Shown: positions 1 to 17,276, numbered from the stretch's first letter. The stretch: DNA of 64,000 nucleotides from Spizellomyces punctatus DAOM BR117 (GCA_000182565.2 KQ257455.1); one strand, 5' to 3'. Numbers and translations are program-made. The notes: generated by a model not told the origin, from the sequence alone.

Positions 1-903
1 TGGATCACAATCAAATACAGATAAAGTCACACGATCGGGCCACGCCCCGCTGAAGTCAGGGAAAATAGGAAAGATCTCAACCGCTTTCACATCCTTCCCA
101 TCAGGATGTTTGAGATTATCGATCGAAAATTTCTTAACCGCTTCAAAAGTATTCTCAATCGTCTTGAGCTTATCTTCTTCCGTGTGATGTATGTGTTTTG
201 CGAGCTTTTCGTCCCGCATGATAGACACGCCCATTCTATGTTACGAAGGAGTAAATAAATGGTCGTCCTTACTGAGGCACCAGTTCAGTCTACCCGCTAC
301 TCACTGTCTCTCAATACCCATTTGCACTCGTCCGTACGTTTTGGCTTCTCCGGCCATATTGACATTCGTTCTTCTCAAAAACAGGGGTGAATTCGCAAAG
401 GAGATCTCTTTGGACTTTGCCTTTGCTGTATTTAGTTGATGGGGCTTTGCAAGCAGCTCCTCATCCTCCGGGTCAAGTTGTTGTGGAACCAGCTTTGCTG
501 CATATCGATGAACAGCTTGTTATTAGCTATACGGGGGCTTTCTCCAAAACGAGAGGAACCATGGACCCACCATCCGGATTACGAAATGAGTCCTCCAAAA
601 ATCCCATTCCTAGTGGCGCGCATGGAACCCCGTTTTCATTATCTGGTCCGCACACTTCAAAGAAGAACTTGTCGGATAAAGAGTTTGGCTCGTAGCGGTA
701 AAGCCGGTCTGGCGGAAACGGGTATTCGAGAAGTTTGGGCTGGAAAGGAAGATCTGGGAGGTCGTTCCGATACACGTAACGAAACGCCCAATCGTTGCCG
801 TATCTGACAGGAAAAATACATTGGGTTTAGGACTATGAAGAGGATCGAAATGAAACATCACGCTATCTAACTTCTTTGTCTCCTGCTGTCGGTGCTTCGA
901 CAT
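1..903 (-). CDS. PAF1: RNA polymerase II-associated factor 1 (PAF1 complex subunit), multi-exon, 3' end runs off the window
   Basis: Spliced translation MSKHRQQETK...YVYRNDLPDLPFQPKLLEYPFPPDRLYRYEPNSL matches the Paf1 N-terminal motif (YxNxLPDxPFxPK). Downstream LHPEDEELL, FLRRT and KHP...AVEIFPIFPD also fit Paf1. Confidence 0.85.
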
Positions 904-1223
904 TATGACCGTGAAAGTGCCCTGAATCCACCGCTGGTTTAAAGCTGGTAGCGCGGAAGCTGAAGGGAAGGTTTAGAGCTGGAATCGACACACACGTAAC
1001 CACACTGCTCTTGATCGCTTGCTGTGACCGGTCACGTGCTCTGGTCGTCGATCTGAATACCCTTCGTAGAGGAATAGATGGATGCTTTTTCCAAACGAGC
1101 TTCCATCTCTGTTTGGATTACATTTCCCATGAAATTTTAAACGTTTCTTGCTGGAATGCAGGGTCCTTCATGTGCCATAACCAAAATCAAATCATACAAC
1201 AGCGTGCTTTGTTTATGTACAAT

Positions 1224-4181
1224 TTATCGACCTTGTCTATTCTGCGGTATTGCGACTGCTTGCTTTCCCAACATTTGGTCCATCCACCGACTGACAAATG
1301 GGGAGGTCGGGGTACATTGGAGTCGCCGCACCTCGCTGTCTGACAGATGAGCAAACTGGCACTAGACAAAACAAGACATCCACTTAGAAAAAACGGTTGC
1401 TACGCTCGACAATTATGAATGCAACTTACACTCGTATCCTGACATTGTTTATTGAACCTATAAGCTCGACACCATTTTATTGGTAGTACAGGTTTTCGGG
1501 AAGGTATGCTCGCTTTGGGTATTGGCGTGAAGGTATAGGGGATTTGCAATGGTAAATCCAGACTCCCTTTCCATTCCAGCGGTATGTATGATGCTTCGTC
1601 CGCTCGAAGAGTGATATCTTGATGTTTGCCGTGCAAGTCGTAAAGTTTTAGTCGTGCTTCGTACGGTATGTCCGACGCGCGGTCAAATGAGACGCTTTTC
1701 TTGATAGTGAGGTGATCTGCTCCTTTGCCGTGCCAGATCAGGTATGTCCCGAGGCTCAAGCTGATAGGCGAACCTTGAGTCAGGTTATCTCCATAGTAGA
1801 GAAAACTAAGCAATACCTCTTTGTCGAAGTCAAAATATCATGCAAATATTGGCTGAAGGCCAAAGGCCTAGAAAAAAGCGGGTTGAAGAAAGGCCCTCAC
1901 TAAACTATCTTTTTTCGACCTTACCAGCTGGTCTCGACAGCCATATCTTCCAGTGATCCCCGCTCTATGTGCACCAATTGTGAGTTCATAGGGTTAAATC
2001 GCACTAGAGTTGATGGAGAGCATTGATGAGCCCCTATATGTGGACATCGGGTGCCCTTCTATTGCTCACCCAGTACCAACTGACTTTCGGGGCGGATTAG
2101 CAACTTGATCCATAATCGAATCGATTCCTCGTTCGTAAGCTGCTCCAACCCTCGTTCTAGCTGATATTCCATCTTTGATTGCACATACGCATATCGCTTC
2201 TACGTAAAGATATCTGTACGTTATCGCGCTGAACTGCACCTATCTCATGTTAGATCTAAGCTGTCGCACCTGTCCAGACCGTTTTTCAGGGATCCAACCA
2301 TGAATTGTATACCTGACAAGGAGCCGTAGCGCACCAAGTTCCCACACAGCATACTGTAAGTTGTCGTTTTGGTCAGTACCGGTAACATCAATCTCGTTTG
2401 AGGCGTCCACTTCGCCCTCCTCGTTTTGCCCATTTTTTTGTGACTGATCGGTCATCAAGACATCCGAGAAAACTGTCGCGTCGGCCCCTTGAATGTTCAA
2501 AAACTGCGCCTTCATCTGGTTCTTAAAGAATTTATCATTTTGTTCACGTCGCCCTATGTCATTGCACGCACAGGGTTTGTCGAAATATACAACCGAGCGT
2601 CCTTTTTCAGCGTCATTCAGATTGCTCATCACCTCCTTGACGACAACAGGAAGTTCAACTTCTCGCACTTGAGACGCGCCCATAGATGCAAGTGCTGACA
2701 AAGTACTCGATGAAATGACCATATCGATGTCATGTTCCGCCGCTAACCTTTGAGCGACGGGGTCCGTGCTCACGGGAGGCTTGCACTAAACAGATGGCAC
2801 TTAGTAGTGGCCCACATATTTGCGGGCAAAACAGGACCTCACCCGATGACACCATTTGCAAGCTTGGCTGGAATTCTGTGGATCAACACAAGCCTGCGAG
2901 TTTGACATTGTGACTGGGGCTTTCATTGAAGGAAGCGCAAGCGCATGGCATTTGCCTTTCTGATGCACTATTTTCAAAAACCGGAATGCCACACTTTTGT
3001 GCGGGGACGTACTCGGTGCGATCGATAGTGTACGGTGGTCAAGGTAATACCGAGGATACTTCAAAGCTGCTGCGTGCCTACGTCTTTGTAGTTCCTAATC
3101 AATCTCTCGGCATCAGATTGTGTCTCTCATCTTATGTATATCAATCCGCAGTACCTGGATCCCGCGCTCTATCTTGTGGTTTATGTACCCTAGCCTTTCT
3201 TTGATGCCGATGGTCAAGTTCTTGTCAACCAAATAATATAGCTCTTGCTCTTCCTTGACGCGTGCCGATAAACTCGCATAGGCTTCCCTGTCTCCCTGGC
3301 TCATGGAGTCCGGCTGGAGTACATCACATTAACGCCCACATTGGCAGATTCAGTTCCTGATGTACTTCACTCACATTTGTCTTTTGCATATGCTGCAGGC
3401 GGAGGAAGTGCGCATGCTCCTCTAAACACAGGCTGGATATAGGGGTAGCGACCGGGATCTCTGCTGGCCGTTCGGTATCGGCTCTGGGCCTATCACTTGA
3501 ATTATTTTTGTGGTACAGTCTTTCATCATCCGCACGATCCAATGTGAGATTGACCGCTTGGTCAACATCACTCTGACGGACAGCTGATTTGGATGAAGCC
3601 TCCTCAGGCTGTCTTAAAGATGACGGTGCTTCCAGACAGGATGAGCTTTCTACTCTCAAGTTACACGTCGTATCAGCTGCACGCGCAGAGTGAGAAATTG
3701 TGTCCGTAGATACAGGTTCTAAAAGAGACATTTTCCATTTTTCCATTTCCAAACAATTCGCTGTCTCAAGACCAGTAAAGTACCTGTCCAAGTTCCCAAT
3801 ATTCGTGACTCGCCTGTCTCTGATCGACGGTCATCCTTTGCTAGGCGAGCCATAATCTCAAATCTCTCTGGCGCACGCGAAATAGAAAAGCGTTCAAAGG
3901 CCTCATCGGATATGAATTCATTTTTGTCAGAGATTGGCAAAACTTCATGGTGCTGCCTAGAAAGGATTGAGTAAATGATAGTATCCATCGACTCCATATT
4001 GGTGGTGCACTGACCGAAACGCGCTTAGGTTGAATGGGGAGGTCAGAAGACGTTCATATTCAACATCGTTAAGGTCATCTGCCTCCTGTACAGTCGTCTG
4101 GCGGGTAAACAAGCTCTCTTCAGCAATTTCAATCGAAGGCTGTCGCTTGCATTTCGTTCCAAAGTCACTCCCGACGGACAT
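1224..4181 (-). CDS. ICE2/NARG2-like protein (NARG2_C domain) with a C-terminal CCCH zinc finger, multi-exon
   Basis: Exons encode NLQYAVWELGALRLLVRY, KMEYQLERGLEQLTNEESIRLWIKLL and LSLGTYLIWHGKG, which resemble the NARG2_C domain. Splicing out 1362-1429 gives CRAYRFNKQCQDTSCQFAH (C-x8-C-x4-C-x3-H). Start and stop are inferred from splice sites. Confidence 0.7.
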
Positions 4182-4558
4182 GACCAAGTTCTGCAAAACT
4201 GGGAATCCCCCCACTGCCGCTCCGTGTACCTGGCCTAAGGAACTCTGCAGGGAAGGCACCAGGTAAACTCCACAGACGCCCACAGGTCCGTCCCCTCACA
4301 CCACCCCTAGCTATACACACGGAAGCAGTCCGCTATCGCTACTGTCCACCTTGCTGGTTTTTTAGCTCAAGACCCGCACAAGTCGGCCATCTAGTCATTA
4401 TGACTGTGCCGCAGTTACCGCTTATTCATCATGACGTAAGCACCCGATCTCCTTCGATCACTTCTTGTTGCCATGGCTATGGAGGAGATCGAGAGGGTTG
4501 GAATCGACGACAACTAGGTGGTAATTCAACCTTGCTATCGTCCTCTATCACAGGCGAA

Positions 4559-6776
4559 ATGTCGGCAAAAGTTGGTATGTGACGGACCAAAATAGTGAGG
4601 AAAGTGCTGGACATGGAACCGTCCTCATTCACACGTTTATCTTTTTGCGTTACAGCTCTCTTGTCTGTCTCCGACAAAACTGGTCTCTTGGACCTGGCCA
4701 AGGCACTGCACGGCGTCAACGTGCGGTTGGTCGCCTCCGGAGGTACTGCTAAGGCTATTCGGGATGCTGGGCTTCCTGTCAGGTAGGCGAAAGGGAAGAT
4801 ATATACTCCCCATTTCTGCACGGGTCTGACTGTTTCGGAACTGAAGCGATGTGGCCGACATAACCCAAGCGCCAGAAATGTTGGGTGGTCGAGTGAAGAC
4901 TCTGCATCCGGCTGTCCACGGAGGTGTGTAGAATATGTAGGGTTGGAAGGAACCCATGAATATCTTGACCTTCGTTAGCGACAGAAGGGATCGCTAATGA
5001 TGGGCACTTTTCAGGAATCCTCGCCCGCGATATTGATCAGGATAATGCGGACATGAAGGCTCGGGGATACGACAAGATTGACTTTGTCGTGTGCAATTTG
5101 TACCCTTTTGAAAAGACTGTCGCAAAGGAAGGGGTCACCATTCCGGAAGCTGTTGAGGAAGTCGACATTGGTATGATCTCATAGCATGCCCGGAAGTACA
5201 TGAAGCTCATCTCAGGGGAATCTGGTCTCAAAGGTGGCGTTACTTTACTACGAGCTGCTGCGAAGAATCACGCACGCGTTACGATCGTATCAGATCCATC
5301 CGACTACCCAACCCTCATCGCTGCACTGCAAAAATCTCATGCAGAGACTGGGGTTGCGACTGTTTCCGAGGAAATGCGCAAGACGTTTGCCTTGAAAGCG
5401 TTCACACAGACTGCTGATTATGATGCCGCCATATCTGGCTTCTTTCGCCAGCAGTACGCTGGAAACGGCCGACAGCAATTGACTCTCCGATACGGGGCCA
5501 ACCCTCATCAGAAACCTGCTCAGGTGTTCGTGAAGCATGGAGAACTGCCATTCAAAGGTTGGTGATCTGGAGCTTTTGCCTAACATGATGAGTTGTTTGA
5601 TATAGCTGACTTTTGCGAAATCGTTTTTGTAGTGCTTGCAGGTTCGCCTGGATACATCAACCTTCTGGATGCCCTTAATGCTTGGCCATTAGTCAAAGAA
5701 CTTAAACAAGCATTAAACCTGCCAGCGGCTGCATCATTCAAACACGTATCTCCTGCAGGTGCTGCTGTAGGCCTCCCTTTGACCGACGTCGAGAAGAAGG
5801 TTTACGCTGTCGAAGACATTCAATTGACACCTCTTGCCGCGGCTTACGCACGTGCGCGAGGAGCAGACCGCATGTCCTCCTTTGGAGATTGGATTGCCCT
5901 CTCCGAACCATGCGATGAAGCTACTGCCAAGATCATATCTCGGGAGGTGTCGGACGGAATCATCGCGCCTGGGTACTCACCAGCGGCCCTGGAGGTTTTG
6001 AAGAAGAAGAAGGGCGGAAAGTACACCGTTCTCCAGATCGACCCGGCCTACGAGCCCGAAGAGCAGGAAACACGCCAAGTCTATGGATTGCACCTCCAAC
6101 AGAAACGCAATGATCTGCTCATCACTCGTCAGGTCTTCAACAATGTGGTCACTAAGAAGGTTACCTCACTACCTGAAGATGCCGTGCGTGATTTGATTGT
6201 CGCAACCATTGCTCTCAAGTACACACAATCCAATTCTGTTTGCTACGCGAAGAATGGTCAAGTTGTGGGCCTGGGTGCTGGTCAGCAGTCCCGAATTCAC
6301 TGGTAAGTTGTGGGTCATTAATCGTCTACAAGAGGAAGATGGCTGAAGTTTGGTTGCCTATCATTAGCACCCGCTTGGCCGGTGATAAGGCCGACAATTG
6401 GTGGTTCCGCCACCACCCCAAAGTCCTTGGATTTCAATTCAAGAAGGAAACCAAACGTCCCGACAAGGCCAACGCCATTGACCTGTATGTGACAGATCAA
6501 ATTGACGACCGGGCGACCTGGGAATCCCTTTTTGAAGTCGTTCCTGAACCATTAACTGCCGAAGAGAGGAAAGCATGGAAGGCAGAAATGAAGGGCTTCG
6601 TACTCAGTTCTGATGCTTTCTTCCCCTTCCCTGACAATGTACAACGAGCAGCCCAAAGTGGAGTGCAGTTCATTGCTGGAGCTAGTGGAAGTGTTATGGA
6701 CGACGCCGTCGTGAAAGAGGCTGATGAGAAAGGAATTGGATACGTCTTTACTAAATGGCGCTTGTTCCACCATTAG
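4559..6776 (+). CDS. ADE16: Bifunctional AICAR transformylase/IMP cyclohydrolase (PurH/ATIC), multi-exon
   Basis: [60 protein letters not shown]-terminal RLFHH. Confidence 0.97.
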
Positions 6777-6942
6777 ATGGAGCACCTTTGGGTGTGGTGT
6801 CAACGGGAGGTTTGAATTTTGTTTTCCTTATCACTGTACTTTTCAAATGTTATTAGATGCAATTCACTGTACAAGGTTGATGATGGTGTCCACACAAAAT
6901 GTTGCATCTACGCGCCACAATCAGCTCTGCCAGCCGAATTTA

Positions 6943-7245
6943 CTATTCGTTATGATGCCCGCCTCCCACAATATGACTCGCCACACTTGCAACTCGTTCG
7001 TAAGCCTGCCATGCCTTGTGCTTAACAGCCGCCGTTATACTTGTTGATTCCTGATGCTGAGTTCCGTACGCTGTTCCCGCTGGCAGCGGTCTAGGCAGTC
7101 CATTTGCCGAAGGCGGTAGCTTTGTAGGAAGGTTTGATTGACCTGCTTCATACGAAAAATCTTGATTTTCTCCTGCTGGAATGGTTGTTCGTCCAGTGGC
7201 CGCTTTAGGAAGACTGCGGTCGATGGTAGCTGGAATTTCTTTCAT
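6943..7245 (-). CDS. Small hypothetical protein (~100 aa, low complexity, P/A/T-rich)
   Basis: ORF MKEIPATIDRSLPK...GGGHHNE with ATAATCATG start context, preceded by an acceptor-like TTCTCAG. It fills the gap between ADE16 and PLC. No recognisable domain. Confidence 0.4.
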   Translation of the reverse strand: MKEIPATIDRSLPKAATGRTTIPAGENQDFSYEAGQSNLPTKLPPSANGLPRPLPAGTAYGTQHQESTSITAAVKHKAWQAYERVASVASHIVGGGHHNE

Positions 7246-7654
7246 GATTATGATTTTCTGAGAATTCAACCCAATGTCCTACTCCTTGATCAAAAAACAA
7301 AAAACAAACAAAACAATCACTAGCAACTCTCTAGACCTTGTTTAAAAGAAAATGCACTAGCTGGGGGACACCACGCGCAGCGGAGACCTTCTGTCAGGAT
7401 TACGACATTCACATGACCACACGCTATCCCACAATTAACCACATTTCAAAGCTTTAGTTCTGGATATCGAAAGCTCAACGCAAAAAGTCTAGTGCTATTT
7501 AAATCTTGCTCAACAAACAAGAAAACTACAGGGTATCCTCAGTGCAAAACCGCCAGCTAAGCTATTTTGCTATTACAACCTCCCCAACGCAACAGAGAAA
7601 ACTAAAAAATGCACTGCATCAGCCTGCGTTCGAGCAACCAAAATTAATGACAGA

Positions 7655-10600
7655 TCATCGCAATCCAAGTGCACCACTGGCAAGGGATCCCAATGACAAA
7701 TTCCGCTGCCGGGGTGCGGACGCGTCCGAGCCGGATGCTGTTCTACTCGGTGATTTTGCATCCGATCCTGACGTTCGTTTCGTTTCAACGTGTCCGTTGG
7801 CATTCGCCCCGCCCTCCCCATTCGATTTTGGATACGATCGTCCCAGGGAGGGACTAGCGGGTGGAGAAGCGGTTTGAGTGGCGATGGGTTGGATACTGAG
7901 ACAAACAAAGAGAGAAGAGAATCGAACTAAATCGCCCTTCCAATTGTACAGTGGAACGTGTCGGTAGCCTGTTTGTCCATGAACGTCCATTCATGAGTCT
8001 GGTTGTGATCATCTAAGCCGCCAACTGTATCCTGTTAGGACCCACCTTGTTTAAGACTCTGAACAGGTATTGTATAAGAACCAATGAAATCATTGGTGAG
8101 CTTGACATCCATATCGAAAATTGAGAACCTAAAATGCAGTATGTACATTCAATGTGTCGTTGCAAGTGGTCACTATATAATTTCAGATGTCACCTCAGAA
8201 ATGCCAATTCACGATCGGTTATGATGAAGCGGAATTCTTCCTTCCACATGGGATTGAACCCTATAAGAGATTACGATAAGCATATGGACCCCTCTCATCG
8301 GAGTTTCGACAAATCTCACAATATGTACGTCCGCAGCAAACTCACCATTGTTATTAATTGCTCGTGTACGGAACCGGGCTGTGTCAACCTCGCTGCCGAC
8401 GATCTCAACCTCTACGTATGGGTCAATAACCGTACTCCCAGTACTATCTTTTGGTTTTGGTAGCTGTTGTCCCGATATGATCTGCAATTCATAGCAATAG
8501 GACGCAGTGGGTCTTCAGATGAACATTTAAATCTTCGTTTATTGATTTGGCATACCTTCACATTCAGCATGACAGGTACTGGACTCACAGCAGGTTGTCC
8601 GCGACGTAGGAAGGACGGCTTGAGGACATAGCCGCATCGACCGTTAAGGTTGAACATGGCATGATTCAGCTGCATGCCCTTATCTACGAGACACAAGCGC
8701 AACGGCCAATTTTCAGTCATCATTTTCACAAAGAGCACCTGCTTTCACTTCATACCAAATGTTTGATAGTTCATCGCAACCATCTGTGCCCCCACTTGCC
8801 AATGAGGCAATGGGTCGTAGTTTGACGAATTTACCCTTATACCGGCAGGATATATTCGAGTCAGATAACGCTTGGTGTGATCGATATACTCTTTCTTTTG
8901 CCGCTGGAGTAGAGCTAGGGACTTCTTCTCGGAAAGTGAGCACATATGATCAAAGTCAAACTTCTCTAAAACATGCTCCGTGTTATGAGTAGTCACAACG
9001 CTGACAATCGCGGAAGTTCTCTTACCTAATGCCGTTGCAAAGCTGGCAAAATGCACGCCTTTACAGTAGATCAACAAGTCGGATAACGTCTTTGCCGCAA
9101 CGTATTTCCGTGCCATACGCGGAGAGGATTTTTTGCGTGTCAACCCTACATCCTCATCGGATGTCCGTCGCCGCACTCCGATTTCCACGTCATCTACAGG
9201 GCTAGTAGCTATGACTATTTTGCGATTCACTTGGCGGGAAATCATGGGTGCAGTGCTCAACGGCAAGTCGGTTATATTTGCCATTTGCTGAATTGGGCCT
9301 TTACGAATGAGCTACATGAGTGCCTGGACGAGGTCTGAACAACACAAGTATCCTAACCTTCTTGTTGTTCCCCGTCCTCATCTTCCGTCTCGTAATCGGT
9401 GTCATCTTCCGAGGCATTCGACGGAAAAAGTTTACCCTACCAGATCAGACTCTTTAGACTTCACGGGACAGAATGTTCTTCTTCATCGGTAATCGAACTT
9501 ACCTTGATGATGATCTTGTTTTTCAAGGCCTCCGGTGATGGTAGCGCTGTCTCATTTTCTGCGAGTGGCCTCTGTAACAAAGCATCACCAAGTGCATCCT
9601 TCAGAATTTTGGCCATGACAGCCTGCTGTTCAAGTCCACAATGGGACTCTAATGACAGCGTGAGAGGATATGGACTGGCTACAAACGCGTATTTGGCGAT
9701 TGCATCAATCACATCTTTGAACAGCAACTTGGAAACACTAAATTGACGCAGCGGATCAACAGTCTTCACCAACAGAACATCAACCAAATCCAGATAACCT
9801 ACAGTGTACGTCCATGATAGATAACAGGGGACCCGTTTGGACCGTCGTAACAGTCCACTGAAATGCAGCAATGGATGAGATTTGATATACCTTGGACTGC
9901 GGTGCGTACGCGCAAGAAATAGCCTTACATTCCACACATCGACAACCCCTCTGGAGTGCACGGATGTAGCCTTCAACAGAACTTTCGCCAGTAAGTTGAT
10001 CCTTTAAAAGGTACCTGACCCTGAATGTCAATCGTAACGTTGGGTGGGAAAATATGCAAAGCCACCGTACGTGTTATGTGAAGTATTGATGTAGTAGTCG
10101 GTCAAAGGCTGCGTCATATCTTGGAACACAACAGTATGCGACTTTCGGAAAATTGCATTGTTGGCCGAAAGTAAAAAGGCTGAGAAGTGATCAACACTCA
10201 TTTGACCGCCGTCAGGAGCTGCGTACTTCTGGTAGATATCCAAGCATCGCTCTTCCGTCCATTCGTTCTAAACAAACTATGGGTTGGCATCCAGACCACA
10301 GCTGTATGATAATATAAAATAAGAGCTGATCACCTTTTGAATATTCTTGACAAAGTCTTGGAACTCCTCGTATGTTATGACCGATGTTTTTGTTCTGGAC
10401 AATGACGAAAACAATTCGCTCACTTCTGGGCGGAATCGGAGCATCCGATACAATCGCTCAAAAGCTGGAAAGTTCAAACAACCCTCTTTACCAACATTCG
10501 CACTCTGTTAAGTAGATGAGAGTCCATTAAATACTCATTCGATCAAAGGCGATAATGGGCAGCAATGTTACTTTGAAGGTGCTCTTCACTTCACTCTTTG

Positions 10601-11647
10601 ACAGACGAATGTTCAGTTTCTTCATTAACGCAGTAACCTCGTCAAGATCAAGCTTGCCATCTCCCGACGTGTCTGCCTCGTGCCATCTTTTTCGTAGCCA
10701 AGTACTCATATTTTGCGATACTCTTGCCGGATCTCCATCCGTGAGATCCGATTGGGCAATGAGCATATGCAGTCCCGATATCCACAATGCGGCGTCTTCT
10801 TTCGATGGCGCAACTGAACAATGACAAGTCAGGTCGAGTACCAGAACATCTTGGGAAAAGGAGGTCGTCCTCGGAACGTACCGAGATTTAGCATCTTGTA
10901 CTCGCCAGAAGCAACATAAATGACTGTGAATGCTCGATCCTCATATTCTGGTCGTTTCCCATGCAGCTCGAAGCCTTTTGTGTTTTGACCCAGACGTATC
11001 TCACGAACGGCATGTAGATCCACTAGTAGAGGAAGGTAGTAACATGTTAGTTAAGCGCAAATGGATATGTGGATATATGAACATATTGAAGTAGGAGATT
11101 GCCATGCTTTGGTGAGGACACTGCAACGACAGGAGGGGAAAGATAGCACAATGTTACCTGAAGATTGATGTGACTTCTTCTTTTTTGATTCCCAAAAGAT
11201 TTGAAGCGACTGGAGATCAACTCGAATATGTCTCTCTGCTGGACGAGATGACGCTTTTGATGGATATTTGATCATTCGTATTCCGCTCGTCAGAACGTGC
11301 TCGACATGCTCTGGTTTCACCGGGAGCAATGGCGGTGGGGATACTCCACTGCAGAGGGTTAGGTCAGTAGCATCAAAGGTAAGGCCGGGTTGAGGAGAGC
11401 GTTCAGGAGGCGGTAGGTCCCCCTGAACAGGGAGCGTAGATTTGGAACCTTCATCAACTTTGCTCAGACATAGAGACAGCTGCGAAAGGGGCGGAGAATG
11501 TGTGGTGCTACTGCTGAGTACTTTCTCAAAGGAAGCTTGTTTCTGGAGAATGTTTTCAGTCGACTTTGCTGCGTACACATCAACTGCCGCAGGCGCTCTG
11601 TAAAGCACCGGCTGTGAAGCTTCCGTCGTCATTGCATCAAAGGTCAT
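7655..11647 (-). CDS. PLC1: Phosphoinositide-specific phospholipase C (delta-like: PH, EF-hand, X, Y, C2), multi-exon
   Basis: [78 protein letters not shown]...[15 protein letters not shown]. Confidence 0.95.
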
Positions 11648-12310
11648 TGGAAGAAGCGATTACTTGGACAGGACGACCACGCCACTCGTGGGAGAAACCA
11701 GCGTGTACGCCTGTTCTCAGCCCACCAAGGCTTTAGCCGCTCGCTCTCACACAATAGCTCGTAGTGCTAAACAATCCGCTATTTGATAGAGGTGAGAGGG
11801 AGGATGACGGTGATTTACTTTTTATCCACTCGGGGCCGTAAGGGTCGGTGAGACTTTTTTCTACGACAACAGATTCCCCGAGATAGCGGCACAAAAGAAA
11901 AAGGCGGGAACCAATGACGACCAAAGACCACAAGGACACCGTTAAAGCAACAAGGGCTGTGAAGCTCAGCAGGAAGGGACGGTCATTGACGTTCCTGAGG
12001 TACAATGGACCTGCAAGTAGGATAAAATGGTTACGCCCAAACCAACATGCGACCGTCAACCAGCAGCGCCCGAAAGCACCGATAAGCAAGCCTTACTAGC
12101 ACGCGTTGGTGAGTCCGATGATTTCTTAGTGACAAAATCCATGCGGGTTGTTTTTGCCTCACGCGGAGGGGTCGGTGGCAGTGCAAAAGCTTCTAGAATC
12201 CATCCAATAATGACATTCGAATGCGCCATTCGGACATTCGGACAGCTGAGATTGACCCTACCCGTCTTTTGGTTTTCCCTGGCCATAACGCAAAGCTTGT
12301 CTTGAAAAAC

Positions 12311-15490
<3,180 letters not shown>

Positions 15491-15707
15491 AGTCGGAGCC
15501 GCTAGTTGTAATATCAGTTTTGTGATTATCTTTCTTGCTGTAAAATATACTTCTCCCTTATGTATTAAACCATAATGGACGGCTCTGCGGATTTGCGAAC
15601 AAATCATCCGCCCCCTGAGTCTGATACTACAAGTGAAGATTTCAAGGCCAAGAACATTATTCCCATCAGTTCTGAACGCCCATTGATCATCGATGCTTCG
15701 CAGCAAT

Positions 15708-17100
15708 CTATTTAGTTTGACGCTTTTTGATTCTCAAGCTCTGGCGCTTTGCGGCGGTTGCTTGCTGCACCAAGTGCTCCGGAATCCATTCCATATCGGG
15801 CTCACCAGGTTTGACATCGGTCTCTTTGACGACAGCGACAGGCTTGACCCGCTTTGCACGAGACGTCTACAGAAGGTTGGCGTTAGGTTCGGTGTGTTAC
15901 ACTGACAATCTGAAGCATAAATATACCTTCTTTCCACCAAAGAACGATTCATACACAAAGTAACCAACGCCCGCAAAGAAGCCGGCACCAAGAAGGTAAA
16001 TAGATATGCTAAAAAAAATCGGTTAAAATCTAAGGACAGGTCGTGCAAGCGGAAACTCGACATCGATCAATATACCTCTGAAGATCGAACAACGAATCAT
16101 TTTCGACTACGGTAACGATTCCTTTGTAGCCGATCGCACGGTGGATGTTACCCGCCTGTATAGTGAACTTGTCAGAGAATGCCCCGGAATGGTCGTCTCA
16201 AAGCCATTGGATAACGTACAGAGTTGATCATATCCACAAACACAATCAAGTTGAGTTCCATTGGTTCCACTTCGACAATAAATCTGAACGGAACGGTAAC
16301 CTCGTCGTTGATGTCGACATCTGTTCAATGGACAACGACGTTATGATGAACATTTGTTCGGGTCGGGATCAGACATATCAGTGTCCTTACCCGTCCTGTA
16401 ACGGTAGGCAGTAAGCTAGAGAGAGGAGTGTCAAACAACATTCGGAACATGACAGAATCTATGCAGCGATAGTCAGATCTAGATACTCACGTTGCGCACA
16501 ATCAACGACGAGTTGTGAGGATAAGTCAAGACACCAGATATCGCGGCTATGGTCTGGTTCAACTCTCCTTTGTTTGACACAGTAATGAGGATCTCAACTT
16601 CTTCGCCAGTGGGAATAGCTATGATACGAGAAATGCTTAGCTGACCCCATTGGCGTGTTCGCGAGGAGTTGAACGTTCCGATACTCACTGCCGAAGCGAT
16701 GTTTTGGAAATTCGTGAGCGAAGGAGACGCCAGCCAACGCTTCATTGTCTTCCTCATCGACAAACGAGCCTGATACACCGACACCTAAATGGGAATTACA
16801 AGGTCAATTGAGCGATGCACAGTACCAGTTTCTGCGGTGCAAGTTTCGCGCCTTTGGACACGGTTGCATCTTCAAAATACGATCTCGTCCAAATATGTCT
16901 TGGTCACGCAGAGTCTCATATCAAACAGTCAGCCAGCAGCCCAGAAAAACTAGGAGCCGTTCAATGTCTTTCGCCCTCATCCCGTGGTCATCTTCCTTTA
17001 ACCCCAACTTTGACGTCGCGTCTTGGGACTACCTACACAGTGGAGATATCACCAGCATGGCCAAGCCAAGCCATAACAGGAAGCGTCGCAAGGAAGCCAT
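15708..17100 (-). CDS. Translocon-associated protein alpha (TRAP-alpha/SSR1, Irc22-like), multi-exon
   Basis: Signal peptide MASLRRFLLWLGLAMLVISPL, luminal domain IPTGEEVEILITVSNKG...IVRNL, a TM segment, and C-terminal EWIPEHL followed by a basic tail. Confidence 0.7.
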
Positions 17101-17276
17101 GACGTTCAGAGATTCGGCCGAATGCGATGAGGGTCAATAAGTTATCGATCTCTGACCGACAACTTTGCTGGACCAGTGCGGTTCAAGTCATGGTCAGATA
17201 CGCTGTTGTCGTGGCAACGAAGCCCAGATCTGCCCAGGCAAACCTTCACCTTCTGCCCCAACCAGAATTCAAAAGT

